Shown in pieces: positions 38,559-51,394 of a DNA stretch of 64,000 nt. The notes beneath the pieces were generated by a model. It ran no database searches. It was not told the origin of the DNA and saw nothing but the letters and a program-made list of their open reading frames with translations. The stretch spans positions 334,056,001-334,120,000 of the forward strand of contig OZ024741.1 in the NCBI GenBank assembly GCA_964016885.1, given 5' to 3'. Made by a program: the position numbers and the translations under genes. Every line of letters begins with the position of its first letter. Position 1 is the first letter of the stretch. Source of the DNA: Eledone cirrhosa. Taxonomy: Eukaryota.

Positions 38559-40764
38559 ATATTGTTGGGGAGAATTGTGTCCTAAATGATGATGGTGTAC
38601 TTGCCATCACTGACGCTGATAAGAAGGTAGCTTGGAAGTGTCACTATGAAAGGCTACTAAATGAGGAGAATAATTGGGAGAAAGACAGTCTCCCCCACAT
38701 CGACCCAATAGAGGGACCAGCAGTCCAAGTTGAAGGTAGTATAATAAGTAAGGCGATCAAAGACATGAAGACGGGCAAGGAGACCGGGCCTTTGGAAATA
38801 GTTGCCGAAATGCTGAAAGCATCTGGAACAGTGGGACACACTATGGTCACCCGGATAGTAAACCAAGTCATACAGTATGGGGTCGTTCACAAGGACTGGT
38901 GCAGCAGCATCATCATTAACTGCTACAAGGGTAAAGGTGATGCCCTAGATAGGGGAAACTATAGAGGCATTAAATTAATTGACCAGGTCATGAAGGTCAC
39001 AGAAAAAGTAATAGCGCAACTAATCAGAGAGCGAATTGATCTAGACGAAATGCAGTTCGGGTTTGTGTCAGGTAAAAGTACAACAGACGCTCTTTTCATT
39101 GTACGACAACTACAGGAGAAGTACCTAGCTAAAAGTAAACGCCTATACTTAGCTTTTATTGACTTGGAGAAAGCCTTTGACAGAGTACCCCGCTCGATTA
39201 TCTGGTGGGCCCTTAGAAAACTAGGTGTTGATGAATGGCTTGTGAGAGCTATACAAGCTATGTATAAAGAAACAGTCAGCAAGGTTAGAATTAACAACGA
39301 ATATAGTGAAGAGTTTAGCGTAAAAGTTGGTGTTCATCAGGGCTCCGTCCTTAGCCCCCTACTATTTATTATTGCCCTTCAGGCTATAACAGAGGAGTTC
39401 AAAACCGGCTGCCCATGGGAACTCCTATATGCAGATGATCTAACGCTCATAGCTGAATCAATGGATGAACTAGAGAAGAAATTCAAAACATGGAAGCATC
39501 GCCTAGAATCAAAAGGCCTTAAATTTAACTTGTCTAAGACTAAAGTTCTAGTTTGTAGGAAGGAAAATAGGGCACCGGTCCCATCTGGGAAATGCCCATG
39601 CTCAGTGTGTAGGAAAGGAGTAGGTAGAAACTCGATTTTATGTCCCAAATGCAAAGTATGGGTACATAAAAGATGTAGTGGGATCACAGGTAAGCTAACT
39701 AAGAATATAAATTTTACATGTGGCCGGTGCTCTGGTGCAATAAGTAGCAGCAAGTGCCCACAAAATACTAGCTCCTTCAACTGCGCAGAGGGATCTATAG
39801 AAATAGTGGACAGCTTCCGTTAGCTGGGTGATAAAATCAGCAGTGGGGGAGGGTGCTCTGAAAGTACAGTAGCTAGAGTCAGAACGGGATGGAAAAAGTT
39901 CAGAGAGCTTATACTACTATTGGCCGCTAAAGGGTTCTCTCTAAAAATGAAAGGCAGGCTGTATGATGCCTGCATACGAACAGCAATGTTACATGGCAGT
40001 AAAACCTGGGCATTCTGTGCAGAGGATATACGCAGACTGGAGAGAAATGAAGCTTGCATGCTCTGCTGGATGTGTAATAGTAATATGCGTGAACGGCAAA
40101 GCATAAACGTACTAAGGGAGAAATTAGAAATAAGAGGGATCAGATGTTGTTTACTCGAGAGAAGACTATGTTGGTATGGTCACGTGATGCGCATGAAAGA
40201 CGACAGCTGTATAAAAAAGTGCAGGGCAATAAAAATAGACGGTAGCCACGGAGTAGGCAGACCCAGAAAAACCTGGGACGACTTGATAAATTCCGACCTC
40301 ACACACTTACACCTCTCCAAGACAATGTCACTGGACAAAGACCTTTGGTGCTACACAGTAATAGAGAAGACCCACCTTACCTAAGTACAAAGTGAAACCT
40401 ACTACAGTCAGTAGGCACCTCTAACAAAATACACCCCCGTCCCACTACCCACACCCCATCCACACCACCCCTTTCAATGTAAAGTTATGTTGGTGTCACA
40501 ACATCTAGCCCGAAACAAATGAGGTCGTGTAGGTGTCACGACAAAAAAACACAGTCCACGCTGTAATGTGGCCGTGTAGGTAACACGGTAAAAACCTCCC
40601 AGTTCCACACTGTAAATGTGGTTGGTGTTAGGAAGGGCTTCCAGCCGTAGAAAACCCGCCAGACAGTCCTATGCGAGCAAGACAACCACTCTTGCCTCAA
40701 GTGGGAAAACTCCCGTCCAGACCCATGCAAGCGTGGAATATGGACGTTAAACGATGATGATGAT
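38559..40764 (+). mobile_element. RTE-clade LINE, 5'-truncated, near-complete RT domain with one in-frame stop (39821-39823)
   Basis: YKGKGD...NYRGIKL, FIDLEKAFDRV, QGSVLSP, YADD, PHD-like finger, 3'UTR, (GAT)n tail; the ORF-track N-terminus is microsatellite. Confidence 0.95.
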
Positions 40765-40879
40765 ATATGTTTATATATGTTTATATATATAAGTTTATTA
40801 AATATATATATATATATTTATTAAAATAACAGATTAAAGGTGAAGCAAAGAATCGCTATGTTTATATATATATATATCC

Positions 40880-41217
40880 TCATGATCATCATCATCATTT
40901 TACGTCTGCTTTTCCCTGCTTGCAAGGGTGGGACAGCAACTGATTTTGGATTGATTTCTACAGCTGGATGCCCTTCCTAACACCAACCTCATTTACAGTG
41001 AGTGCTGGGTGCTTTTTTGCCGTGGCACCTCCACAACCACTTTGCAGTGGAATAATAAGAACCCCAGTCCCTATCATCTCATTTCTACAGCTGAGTAAAC
41101 TTGAGCAAATGTGAAATAAAGAGTCTTGCTCAAGGAAACAACACATCACCCGGTCTGAGAATTGAACTCAAAACCTTTCGATTGCAAGCCCAATGCTCTA
41201 ACTGCTAGGCCATGTGC
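40880..41217 (-). mobile_element. CORE-like SINE with RTE tail
   Basis: Near-identical to 18605-18946. Confidence 0.85.
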
Positions 41218-41344
41218 ATACATTATATATATATATGTATGTTTATATGTAAGTATGTATGTATGTATACGTACATACATATATGTATACAGACGTACAG
41301 TAGTATGTATATATATACTTACATGCACACATATATATATGCAC

Positions 41345-44300
41345 GTATCGGTTTACCGAACATTTATTATAGTGCTCGGTTTGTTTGTTTGCAAACAAAC
41401 AAACAGCCCGGATTACGCCGTACAGTGTTTAGGCAACCACGCCACCTTTTTGTTCAACACTGACACAGGAACGATGTACTAGTTTCAAGCTTATTAGCTA
41501 TCGTCAGCATCGTATACCTTCCTGCTACCAAAGGGCTCTGTGTAGGGTTGGGTACTTCGGTTAAGGTGTCAGTACGTGCGATTTCCCGTCATATGGGTCC
41601 TTGGGATTTTAAGATAGGTGTTTGAGTGGTGGAGGTGTGTTATCCAACATAAAAGGCAAAATAAAATAACAAATAATAGCAAAACCCAGAGAATGTGTGT
41701 AGGCTCATTAATGGTGTGCAAGTATTATTGTCCAATCTGTAACCGTGAGCACTCCATGGTTAGATGATCACGGATCAAAACCTAGTGTAGTGTTCAATCG
41801 ATAGGAACGTGACCATTAATAACTGTGGGAACTCAGTGTCTAAAGAAACCAGGTACTCTGTGTAGAGTTATGTATAGATAGCGTAATTAGTCTTAGCTGA
41901 GTGTGTAATACGCCTAGCTATATCCTAACCGAGAGAACTCAATGGTTAGGGTATCCAAAGTAATGGTGAATGCGCGTAATCGGTCTTACCTGAGTGTGTA
42001 ATCATTCTAACTATTTGCTAACTAGGTATTCTAATGTGCATTCAGCTGTGAGAACTCTGTGGAAACAGGCAGAGTACCGTTTGTAAGTGCGCAAACGATC
42101 TTCACTGTCTAACTACCTGAGTGTGTGATTGTCTGTTTTTTTTTTTTTTTGCTAATTGAGAGAACTCTGGCTAAGGTAGAGAAGGAGGAGTTAGTGGTAG
42201 GTTACTTTCCAAAAATCCTGCGGAAGGTTTTTGAGGTTCTATGTTGGCAGTTGCTGAAAAGATCCGCTCTCCTATTGATTAATAGGGTGCCGCCTCTAAT
42301 AATATTAAAGGTTTCAGCTATACACAAATTACAAGCGCCAGTGTTGTCGTTATATGGTTGGGCTGAGCTAATTATGGATCAGGATAAGGAGTGCTCTATA
42401 TTCTGTTGTTTAAGCTTCCAGACTAATTCAGAAAGCGCCGTGCTATTTCTTTTATCTAATCTATTAAAGGTATGGCGGTGATTATACCATCTGTCCTTAA
42501 ATTCAGTGGCAGTTGCCCCAACATACCTGAAGGTTCTATCTAAAGTGTAGACCTTACAGTCGTAGACTATGTTTTTGGTGAGGCATTTCCCAGCCAAGGG
42601 GCAAGTGGCGGTGTTCCTGCAATTACATTTTCTGTTATCGACCTGGGTAGTTCCAGAGGAACCACGGTACTTCTGGGGTCGGGTCTCAGTTCTTGTCTGC
42701 TCTATGGGTAAGTTCCCAGGAGTTGGGGTGACCCGAATCACCTCACGTGTATGAGTCCGTTCATCCATAGAGCTGCCATGTCTCATCCCCCCTTGGGCTG
42801 TCCTAAGTCTACTATAATTCATCTTAGCTATATTCTGAGCTATGTTACTGGTTGTGGAGTAGGACAGCTTAATGGTATTCTTATTGAATATTTTATAGTA
42901 TCTGTGTGATCTAGGGAAGCATTTGTCTAAGGCCCTAAAGAAAAGCTTAGCTATACTAGTGGTCAGGCCAGTGGAGTAAGTGGGGTTATACCACAGGATT
43001 TTTCTGGTCCGATGCCTCTTGTTCTTGCTATCTATACTGGAGTTACCCGTCTCCCTAGTAGCTACTGGTCTATTATAACTGAAAACTGCCTGTGGGTCGA
43101 TGGTTTCCTGGGTGTCCCGATTGTGTTCGGAATCGTCCCATGTCTCCGGGGCGGTGTACCCCCCGTGCAGCCATTGGGATTACCCTCGATAGCCGGGGTT
43201 ATATCCACTATGCGCCTGCTACATTTATTCCTATTCCCTCTACTCGACCCTCGTTCAATTTTACGTTCAACGGTTGTTTTATCAGTTCTACAATTAAGGT
43301 TACAATTAGAGTTTCCGCTGGCATTACGGTGCTCAGACCCCGTATTTGTACCTGGGTGATTGGTTCCCTTGGTACCATCGACATTGGGACTAGGAGGCAA
43401 TACAACATGAAGTCTATATTGATCCTCCCTCGCATCCTGCCTGCTGTTAACTAAAGTGTCACTATTCTGGCCTAAGCTATCGCAGGCAATGTTGCTACTA
43501 CTATCTAATGGACGTTTGAATGAGATTCCCTCGCTATGCCCCGCGCGTTCCAGGGCGCTATTATAGTGATTTGAGATCCTATCAAAGGTCTCTTCATTGG
43601 AAGATAGTCCTGAAATTCTACTAGAGACGCTTTTTGTAATACCGTTAGTGACTATTCTAGGGTGGTTCGATTTTGCGTTGACATAATTTAGATTTTCGTT
43701 GGGTTTGTGGTAGGGTTGGAAGAGTCCTGAATTGAGGTTAAGTGTAACATCTAGAAAATTAACTATCTTCAGGTTTTCTTCAAACACTATCCTTAGGTCT
43801 ATGTTGTTGAAGAATTAGCTTAGTTTTTTCCTCACCCTCTCTACCATACTATTATTATGGAACGACACAGTAAACAAAACGTTGTCACGGTAAGCGCCAT
43901 CTCCCAAGTGGGGCATTTCCACTCCGAGACAGTCGAGGAAGTAAAGGCCCACCAGATCCGTCACCTGGGCCGAGTCCGTGGATCCCATGGTGATGTCGAA
44001 ATTGTCCGGCCAATCTTACCTGGTCCACAAGTCACCGATGAACTCAACTAAGGTTTTCCTAGCTAGGAGAATAATGTTAATTTCTTCAGATGTAAGGTCG
44101 GTGTGCAAGCTAGCAATGTTTAGACCCTTATCTAGAAGAGTAGTAGTTAGAGATATCGAACAGTATAAACTTAGTGCTATTCTTATTCTACGATTTCTCA
44201 AACAAGTTAATTACCTCAATAGTTCCTAACCATAATTTAAGCTTCGATCTCCTAACTAGAGTGAGGATTATTTTATCAAGGATGTTTTTACTCACGATTC

Positions 44301-44520
44301 CTATGTCCAACTTCGAAGGGGCTATCAGCCTGACAGGTCTTGATGATTCAAAGTTTAATTTGTGGTCTTTCTATAAAATACTCGGAATTCTAGGATGGAA
44401 GGATTTGAAGACAATTCATTTTCACCTGACGAGATCAGTGATAATCGATCATGGCTACACCATCGATCTATCTCTTATTGAAACATGTGTCGTGATTAAA
44501 CTGATTGGAAATTTATACTA
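41345..44520 (-). mobile_element. Penelope-like element, Neptune-type, 5'-truncated and decayed (RT, Cys linker, GIY-YIG; ORF ends ~42202)
   Basis: KDHK.NF...VRLIAP, FDITMGS, VNFLDVTLNL, SNHP, WYNP, KIFNKNTIKLSYS, CNC...CPL..KC, YVGAT...RWYNH, CNLC. Confidence 0.92.
41471..41513 (-). ncRNA. Minimal type I hammerhead in the PLE 3' region
   Basis: Minus strand: ACGATG-CTGACGA-tAGCT AATA AGCTt-GAAA-CTAG-TA-CATCGT. Confidence 0.8.
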
Positions 44521-44595
44521 AGCCTGGACTAGTCCAGAAATAGCCATTGAAACGGCTTGAGCTCTGCCGTCGGGGTCATACTTGTTCCTATTACC

Positions 44596-45192
44596 GGCAC
44601 TACCATGCTATTAGCTGTCAGAAGTGAAAGTTTCGTCAACCTTCTCAATCGTAAACATCGTTTATTTCCGTATTACCACGCGTTATTTTAATAAAACATA
44701 TCGATGTAAGTGGAGTTACTTAAATGAAAATATAGGTGGCCCTTAAAAGGGCCAAATTAGAAAACAAATTTAAGTTAATTAGAAAACGAGTAATGGTTAT
44801 CAAATAAATTGGATTTAATCATTTATATTTTCATACTCATGGTTATCAATGTAGAAAACAAGTCATTTTCACCAACAGTGGAGTTAACTTAAATGAAAAT
44901 ATAGGTGGCCCTTAAAACGGCCAAATGAGAAAACAAATATATGGTAATCAAATTTTTTTCACCAACCCTATACATGAAATTGATAACCCTGACTATGAAA
45001 ATATAAATGATTAAATCCAATTTATTTGATAACCATGACTTGTTTTCTAATTATATATTTTCATTTAAATAACTCCACTTACATCGATATGCTTTATTAA
45101 AATAACGCGTGGTAATACGGAAATAAACGATGTTTACGATTGAGAAGGTTGACGAAACTTTCACTTCTGACAGCTAATAGCATGGTAGTGCC
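44596..45192. mobile_element. Merlin-like non-autonomous element, ~139-bp TIRs, 8-bp TSD
   Basis: GGCACTACC...GGTAGTGCC termini; TSD CTATTACC at 44588-44595 and 45193-45200; further subterminal inverted and internal direct repeats. Confidence 0.8.
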
Positions 45193-45272
45193 CTATTACC
45201 CACTCTACTACCCTAAGTATTGAGTACTTTGGTGCGTTATGGTCCACCTGGTTCCTTACCACATTTCCTTCG

Positions 45273-45334
<62 letters not shown>

Positions 45335-45418
45335 CGAAGGAATTGTGGTAAGGAACCAGATGGACTATGACACACCAAAATACTCAATACTTAGGGTAGT
45401 AGAGTAGTAGAGTGGGTA

Positions 45419-45526
45419 ATAGGAACGAGTAGGACCCCGACGGCTGAGCTCAAGCCGTTTCGACGGCTAATTCTGAATTAGCCGTCGAAACGGCTTGAGC
45501 TCAGCCGTCGGGGTCCTACTCGTTCC

Positions 45527-45529
<3 letters not shown>
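45419..45529. repeat. Perfect palindrome, 55-bp arms, 1-nt centre (45474), made of a hammerhead 3' half
   Basis: Arms are exact reverse complements; contains GAAA-CGGCT..AGCCG-TC. Confidence 0.9.
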
Positions 45530-45561
<32 letters not shown>

Positions 45562-45990
45562 CCAAAATTATTTTAATTAAATTAAGTTAAGGGATTCATG
45601 TCCGAGACATGCGCCATATCCACTGTAGAATAACCTCAAAGATTCCAATGAATAGTTCCGAGCATTTTATATCAACTAGAAATTGATTGACATATATATA
45701 TATTTAAAATAAACACATGAAACAATCACAGGGGATTGTAAATATTGTAAAAATTGTAAAGTGTGTAATCATACATAGCTAGGTAGGTAACTAGCTAAAG
45801 TGTAAGTAGAGCTTCAAGTATTACCTTTTAAAAAATGTTTAATCTTATTTATATATATTTCATTAAAGAAATATATTTCACCATTAATCCGTAAGGTCAC
45901 AGTAGTTAAATCTCAGATATGTTTATATGTATATATGTTTATATGTATGTATATATATATATATATATGTGTATATATATATATATATCT

Positions 45991-46059
<69 letters not shown>

Positions 46060-46084
46060 TATATATATATATATGTGTGTGTGT

Positions 46085-46134
<50 letters not shown>

Positions 46135-46137
<3 letters not shown>

Positions 46138-47790
46138 AAGAATGAAGAGTAATATTAATCAGGTGAGTCTAGAGGTCGCTAATCGCTTGAAGTTGTATCA
46201 CTCGATCTCCAATACATTATTTACCTCTGGTCAATACATCAGGGTACGTAGATATAAAAATAATTCACTCGAGGCAAGACATATATAGAATAATAACGTA
46301 TAATGAAAACAATAACATCTATAATAAAACATATTTGGTAAATAGGTAGAGAAGTTACAGATGTAAAAAGTAAAAGATAAGATAGGATACATTAAAAAAG
46401 TAAGAAAATGGAAAATATGAAGAAATAAATAAGGATAAGTGAGAGCATGTAAGTACAGAGTATGTTTATGGTGAGTAAGTGTTCTTATAAGGATTCTTTG
46501 GTGGGTTTAGTGGTAACATGAAAAACCAGATTCGAAATATACATAGATAGGTGTAGAGAGTCTGATGTAGTAACAGATAAAAGAAGAAAAAAAGCAATAA
46601 ATTAGAGATTAATTGGGGGATACATGTATGAGATTTACGGGCTAGGGTTGGATTGTGAAGGGAGGTTTGATAAACGTGCGTTGTAAATGTTTTGCTGATT
46701 GTTCTATCTTAATGGGGTTGATGCTGTTTCACGGAAAGAGGGTGAAAGAGATGTTCAGAGATTTATGATCCAGTGACCAGTTGGCTGTTTCACAGCTAAT
46801 AGCAGTGCGATGGTGTGTATTCTATATGCTAAAATCTAGGTGGTTCAGTTCTAATTTTGGGATTGCTGGTTCAAATCATGGTGGTTTGAAGTTTGTGAAT
46901 CTGATAGCTATTTTATGCCTACAGAAAATTGATGTTTCTATTTTGTTGTTAAGCAGCATCCCATCGTACCTTAAAATATGGAGTAGTTCTAAATTACAAA
47001 GTCCGCAGTGGGACATTCCGTTGCTGTAGGCTCTTGCTACCAATAATATTGACAGGCTAATCTTATATTCTAGGTTTTTGTTTTTAAGCTGCCAGATTTT
47101 ATTGGCGAGCGTCGTAGAGTTCTCCAGTCTACGGTTCTTCATGGAGTGTCTGTGGCCGTACCACCTTTTCCTCAACTCCCCAGCCGTGGAACCTATGTAG
47201 TGCCAAGTAGATTTACCTGAATCTACAGTACACAGGTATACCATACTCGAATCCAGGCATCTATTTTGTAGTGGGCACTTATCCGGTAGGTGGCAATTAC
47301 AATTTGAGGTTTTTCTGTGTGCAGGTTCTCCGTTGCGGTTTTGTAAGTTGTTGTGGGTGGGTTGTGATTTAGGCCTATTAGTGTTTTGTTGTGATGCGCT
47401 CTGATGTGTTTGTGGTTGTGATGTTGTAATGTGTTTGTGTTCTGTATTTGGTGCTATGGTGTATGTTGGTAGGTTAATTTCTTTAGAGATATTCTTGTGG
47501 TTGATTTTACGTATGTGTGATTCTATGTTGGCTGCAGTAGAGTAGGATAGTTTAATAGTTTTTCTATTAAAGATTCTATGGTATTTGTGTAATGTAGGGA
47601 AGTGCTTGTCTATTAGTTTAAAGAATGTAGAAGGTAGTTTAGTTTTTATAGAGGAGTTGAATATTGGATTGAACCATACGTACTTTCTATCTCTGGATCT
47701 TCTATAGTTTTTGGGAGTCCTTATATTAGTGTTCGGTTCAGTTATTTTTGGTGCTCCTTGTCTAATTCTATGCTATGTTTGTTACTTCTA
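46135..47790 (-). mobile_element. Second Neptune-type PLE, 3' portion (GIY-YIG ORF ends 46876)
   Basis: WFNP, RIFNRKTIKLSYS, CNC..CPL..C, YIGST...RWYGH, CGLC, CRH; bounded by (TA)n tracts. Confidence 0.9.
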
Positions 47791-47814
47791 TATGAGCATA
47801 TATATGTTTATATG

Positions 47815-47862
<48 letters not shown>

Positions 47863-48318
47863 TACATATATGTTTTTATGTATGTATATATATATGTTTA
47901 TATATGTATATATATATGTTTATATATGTATATATATATGTTTATATATATATATTTATATGTATATATATATGTTCATATGTATGTATATGTAGGTGAG
48001 TATATATATATATATATGTGTGTGTTTATATATGTATGTGAATGTGTGTATATATATATATGTATATGTGTATATATATGTATATATATATATGTATATA
48101 TATATATGTATATATATGTATATATATATATGTGTATATATATATATGTGTATATATATATATTTATGTGTATATATATATATATTTGTGTATATATATG
48201 TACATATATATCTGTATATATGTGTGTATATATATATGTATATATATATCTGTATATATATATATATGTATATATATCTGTATATATATATCTGTATATA
48301 TATATATATGTATATATA

Positions 48319-48407
<89 letters not shown>

Positions 48408-48446
48408 CTGTATATATATATATATATATATCTGTATATATATATG

Positions 48447-48479
<33 letters not shown>

Positions 48480-48520
48480 CTGTATATATATATATATATG
48501 TGTGTGTATATATATATATA
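47790..48520. repeat. Long (TA)n/(TATG) microsatellite
   Basis: Visible. Confidence 0.95.
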
Positions 48521-48521
48521 T

Positions 48522-49395
48522 GATTTTTTAGTTGATTCTATTGACTGATGAATAGCTTATGTTAATTTTAACCCTTCCGATAAATTTTCAATCACAGATA
48601 TTTTTTATTTGTTTGACCCGAATTACTTGATCGTATTTTTGGCTATGCGAATGATTTTTTTACCATCGTCTCAGTGCGTTTGGCCTTTAACGTTTGTTAT
48701 AGCTCTGGTTCATCTGAATCATTGAGCACTTGCCACACATCTCGGAGGTTGTTTTTCGTTATTTCGTGGGCCGAAATGCGCTTCTCGATAATATATATTT
48801 GTATTAATATCCAGACTCTAGCTATTGACCAGTTAATTTTCTTAATTTTTTAGTTGATTCTATTGACTGATGAATAGCTTATGTTAATTTTAACCCTTCT
48901 TGTGAGAACTCTATTCGATTTGTGATGTTTTTGCATTCTTGCAATAATATACACAACTGAATTCATTCGCCTGATATAGGGGTTGCCTCCCTTGCCGATC
49001 CCCACGTGGGGCCAGCAATAGTCAGTCCTTGTATTAACATTGAACTAAAACCTGTTGAGAAAGTGGCTTCCTTGTTCAATCCTCTTACCAGAAGCCTAAC
49101 ATTATTTATGTAAGCGGACAGTAATTGATTTAGGAGCCGCAGAAACCCAAATGCTGGATTTTACCAACCTTCCAGGGGTCCGAGTAAATTTTCAATCAAA
49201 GATATGTTTTATTTGTTTGACCCGAATTACTTGATTGTTTTTTGGCTATGCGAATGATTGTTTAACCATCGTCTCAGTGTGTTTGGCCTTTAACGTTTGT
49301 TATAGCTCTGCTTCATCTGAATCATTGAGCACTTGCCACACATCTCGGAGGTTGTTTTTCGTTATTTCATGGGCCGAAATGCGATTCTCGATAAT
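48522..49395 (-). mobile_element. Rearranged, duplicated fragment, possibly PLE-derived
   Basis: 48525-48577 repeats at 48845-48897 and 48580-48792 at 49184-49395; minus frame [20 protein letters not shown] resembles the Neptune K.SYS linker. Confidence 0.4.
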
Positions 49396-49404
49396 TTATA
49401 TTTA

Positions 49405-49455
<51 letters not shown>

Positions 49456-49719
49456 GTGTGTATATGTATATGTATATATATGTGTGTATATGTATATATA
49501 TATATGTGTGTGTGTGTGTATATGTATATATGTGTGTGTGTATATGTATATATGTATGTGTGTATAAGTATATATATATATGTGTGTGTGTATATGTATG
49601 TATATATATATATGTGTGTCTATAAGTGTGTATATATATGTGTGTGTGTTTATATACATATATGTGTGTGTGTATATATGTATATATATATGTATGTATA
49701 TATATATGTGTGTGTGTTA

Positions 49720-49855
49720 CGCCCCTTTATAGTCTGAGTTCAAATCCCACCGAGGTTAACTTTGCCTTTCATCCTTATGGGGTCGATAAAATAAAGTACC
49801 AGTAATGTACTGTGTAATTGCTGGCCTTGTGCCAAAAGTAGAAACAATTATATTA
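49720..49855 (+). mobile_element. 5'-truncated SINE (3053 family)
   Basis: B box, core and tail. Confidence 0.8.
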
Positions 49856-50487
49856 AAGGATGATGAGGATGTTGATATATTATACATATGTATCTATATG
49901 AAAGTAAGTGCTTCTGTGATGTGCAGCATACTTTTCTTACAAATATTTCCATATTTCCATTTACCATTTTCAAAGCAGCAGCTCCAACACAACCACCAAC
50001 ACTAACATCTGCAACAATACCAGCACCGGCATTGCCATCAACACCAGTATCAACATCTCCATCAACAATAACACCACCATTAATACAACTACCAGTACCA
50101 GCAGCACCACTACCACTACCACCACCTCTACCGAAAGTATCAAACATTTAAATGCCATATCACGTGTGTTATGTTTGATTAGCTAAAAACAGAGATGGAA
50201 ATATTCCAATAGAATGCAAGGAACCGAAAGCTAAAAGTTATTGTCCTCCATTTGCAAGAAATACTGATAGAGTTGATTGCAAAGATAGGTGATGATAAAT
50301 GTAGCGAGGGAAAATTATTAAAAAAACAAACAAACAACATAAAGTATAAAAAGTAAAAATATATAAGCAAAACAAACATAAAGTATAAAAAGTAAAAATA
50401 TATAAGCAAAAAATAACAACAGCAATAATCACAAAAAAGACAGTTGTTATTATTATGACAATTTAAAATGAATGCATTTTTATTTTA

Positions 50488-50496
50488 TATGTATGC

Positions 50497-50527
<31 letters not shown>

Positions 50528-50683
50528 TGTATATGTGTATATATATGTATATGTATATATATATATGTATATGTATATATATGTATATATATATATATAT
50601 ATGTATGTATATATGTATATATATATGTATGTATATATGTATGTATATATGTATATATATGTATATGTATATGTATATGTATA

Positions 50684-50716
<33 letters not shown>

Positions 50717-50902
50717 GTATATGTATATATGTATATGTATATATATATGTATGTATATATGTATGTATATATGTATATATATGTATATGCATATGTATAT
50801 GTATATATATGTATATGTATATGTATATGTATGTATATGTATATATGTATATGTATATATATATGTATGTATATATGTATATATATATGTATGTATATAT
50901 GT

Positions 50903-50933
<31 letters not shown>

Positions 50934-50937
50934 TATG

Positions 50938-50969
<32 letters not shown>

Positions 50970-51240
50970 TGTGTATATGTATATGTATGAATATATGTAT
51001 ATGTATATATATATATGTATGTATATGTATGTAATGTATGTATATATCTGTATATGTATATATATGTATATATATATGTATATGTATGTATATATGTATA
51101 TGTATGTATATGTGCATATGTATATATGTGTATATTCATATATATATGTGTGTATATATATGTGTATATGTATATATATATGTGTATATATATATGTGTG
51201 AATATATGTGTGTATATATATATATATATATTCACATATA
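50488..51240. repeat. (TATATG)n/(TA)n microsatellite
   Basis: Visible. Confidence 0.95.
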
Positions 51241-51394
51241 TATTCTTTTTATTTTGCAATTTGTGTAGAGTGGTGTCTATATAGAAGAATACTTTGGACC
51301 AAAAGCAATGAAAAAGCAATTTGATTCCTTAGATAATATTTTTAAAAGAGAACCGAACAGTATAAAGAAAATGATAATAGATAATAAATAAAAT

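Noticed and set aside
46140-46290. Expected hammerhead in the second Neptune element's 3' region
   Set aside because: Only CTGATGT on the minus strand; no complete core found
48535-48580. CTGATGA motif (repeated at ~48868)
   Set aside because: No stem II, GAAA or stem I partner
49848-50158. Pro/Thr-rich (+) or Gly/Val-rich (-) ORFs
   Set aside because: Degenerate CCA/GCA trinucleotide repeat open in several frames; an exon cannot be excluded but is unsupported
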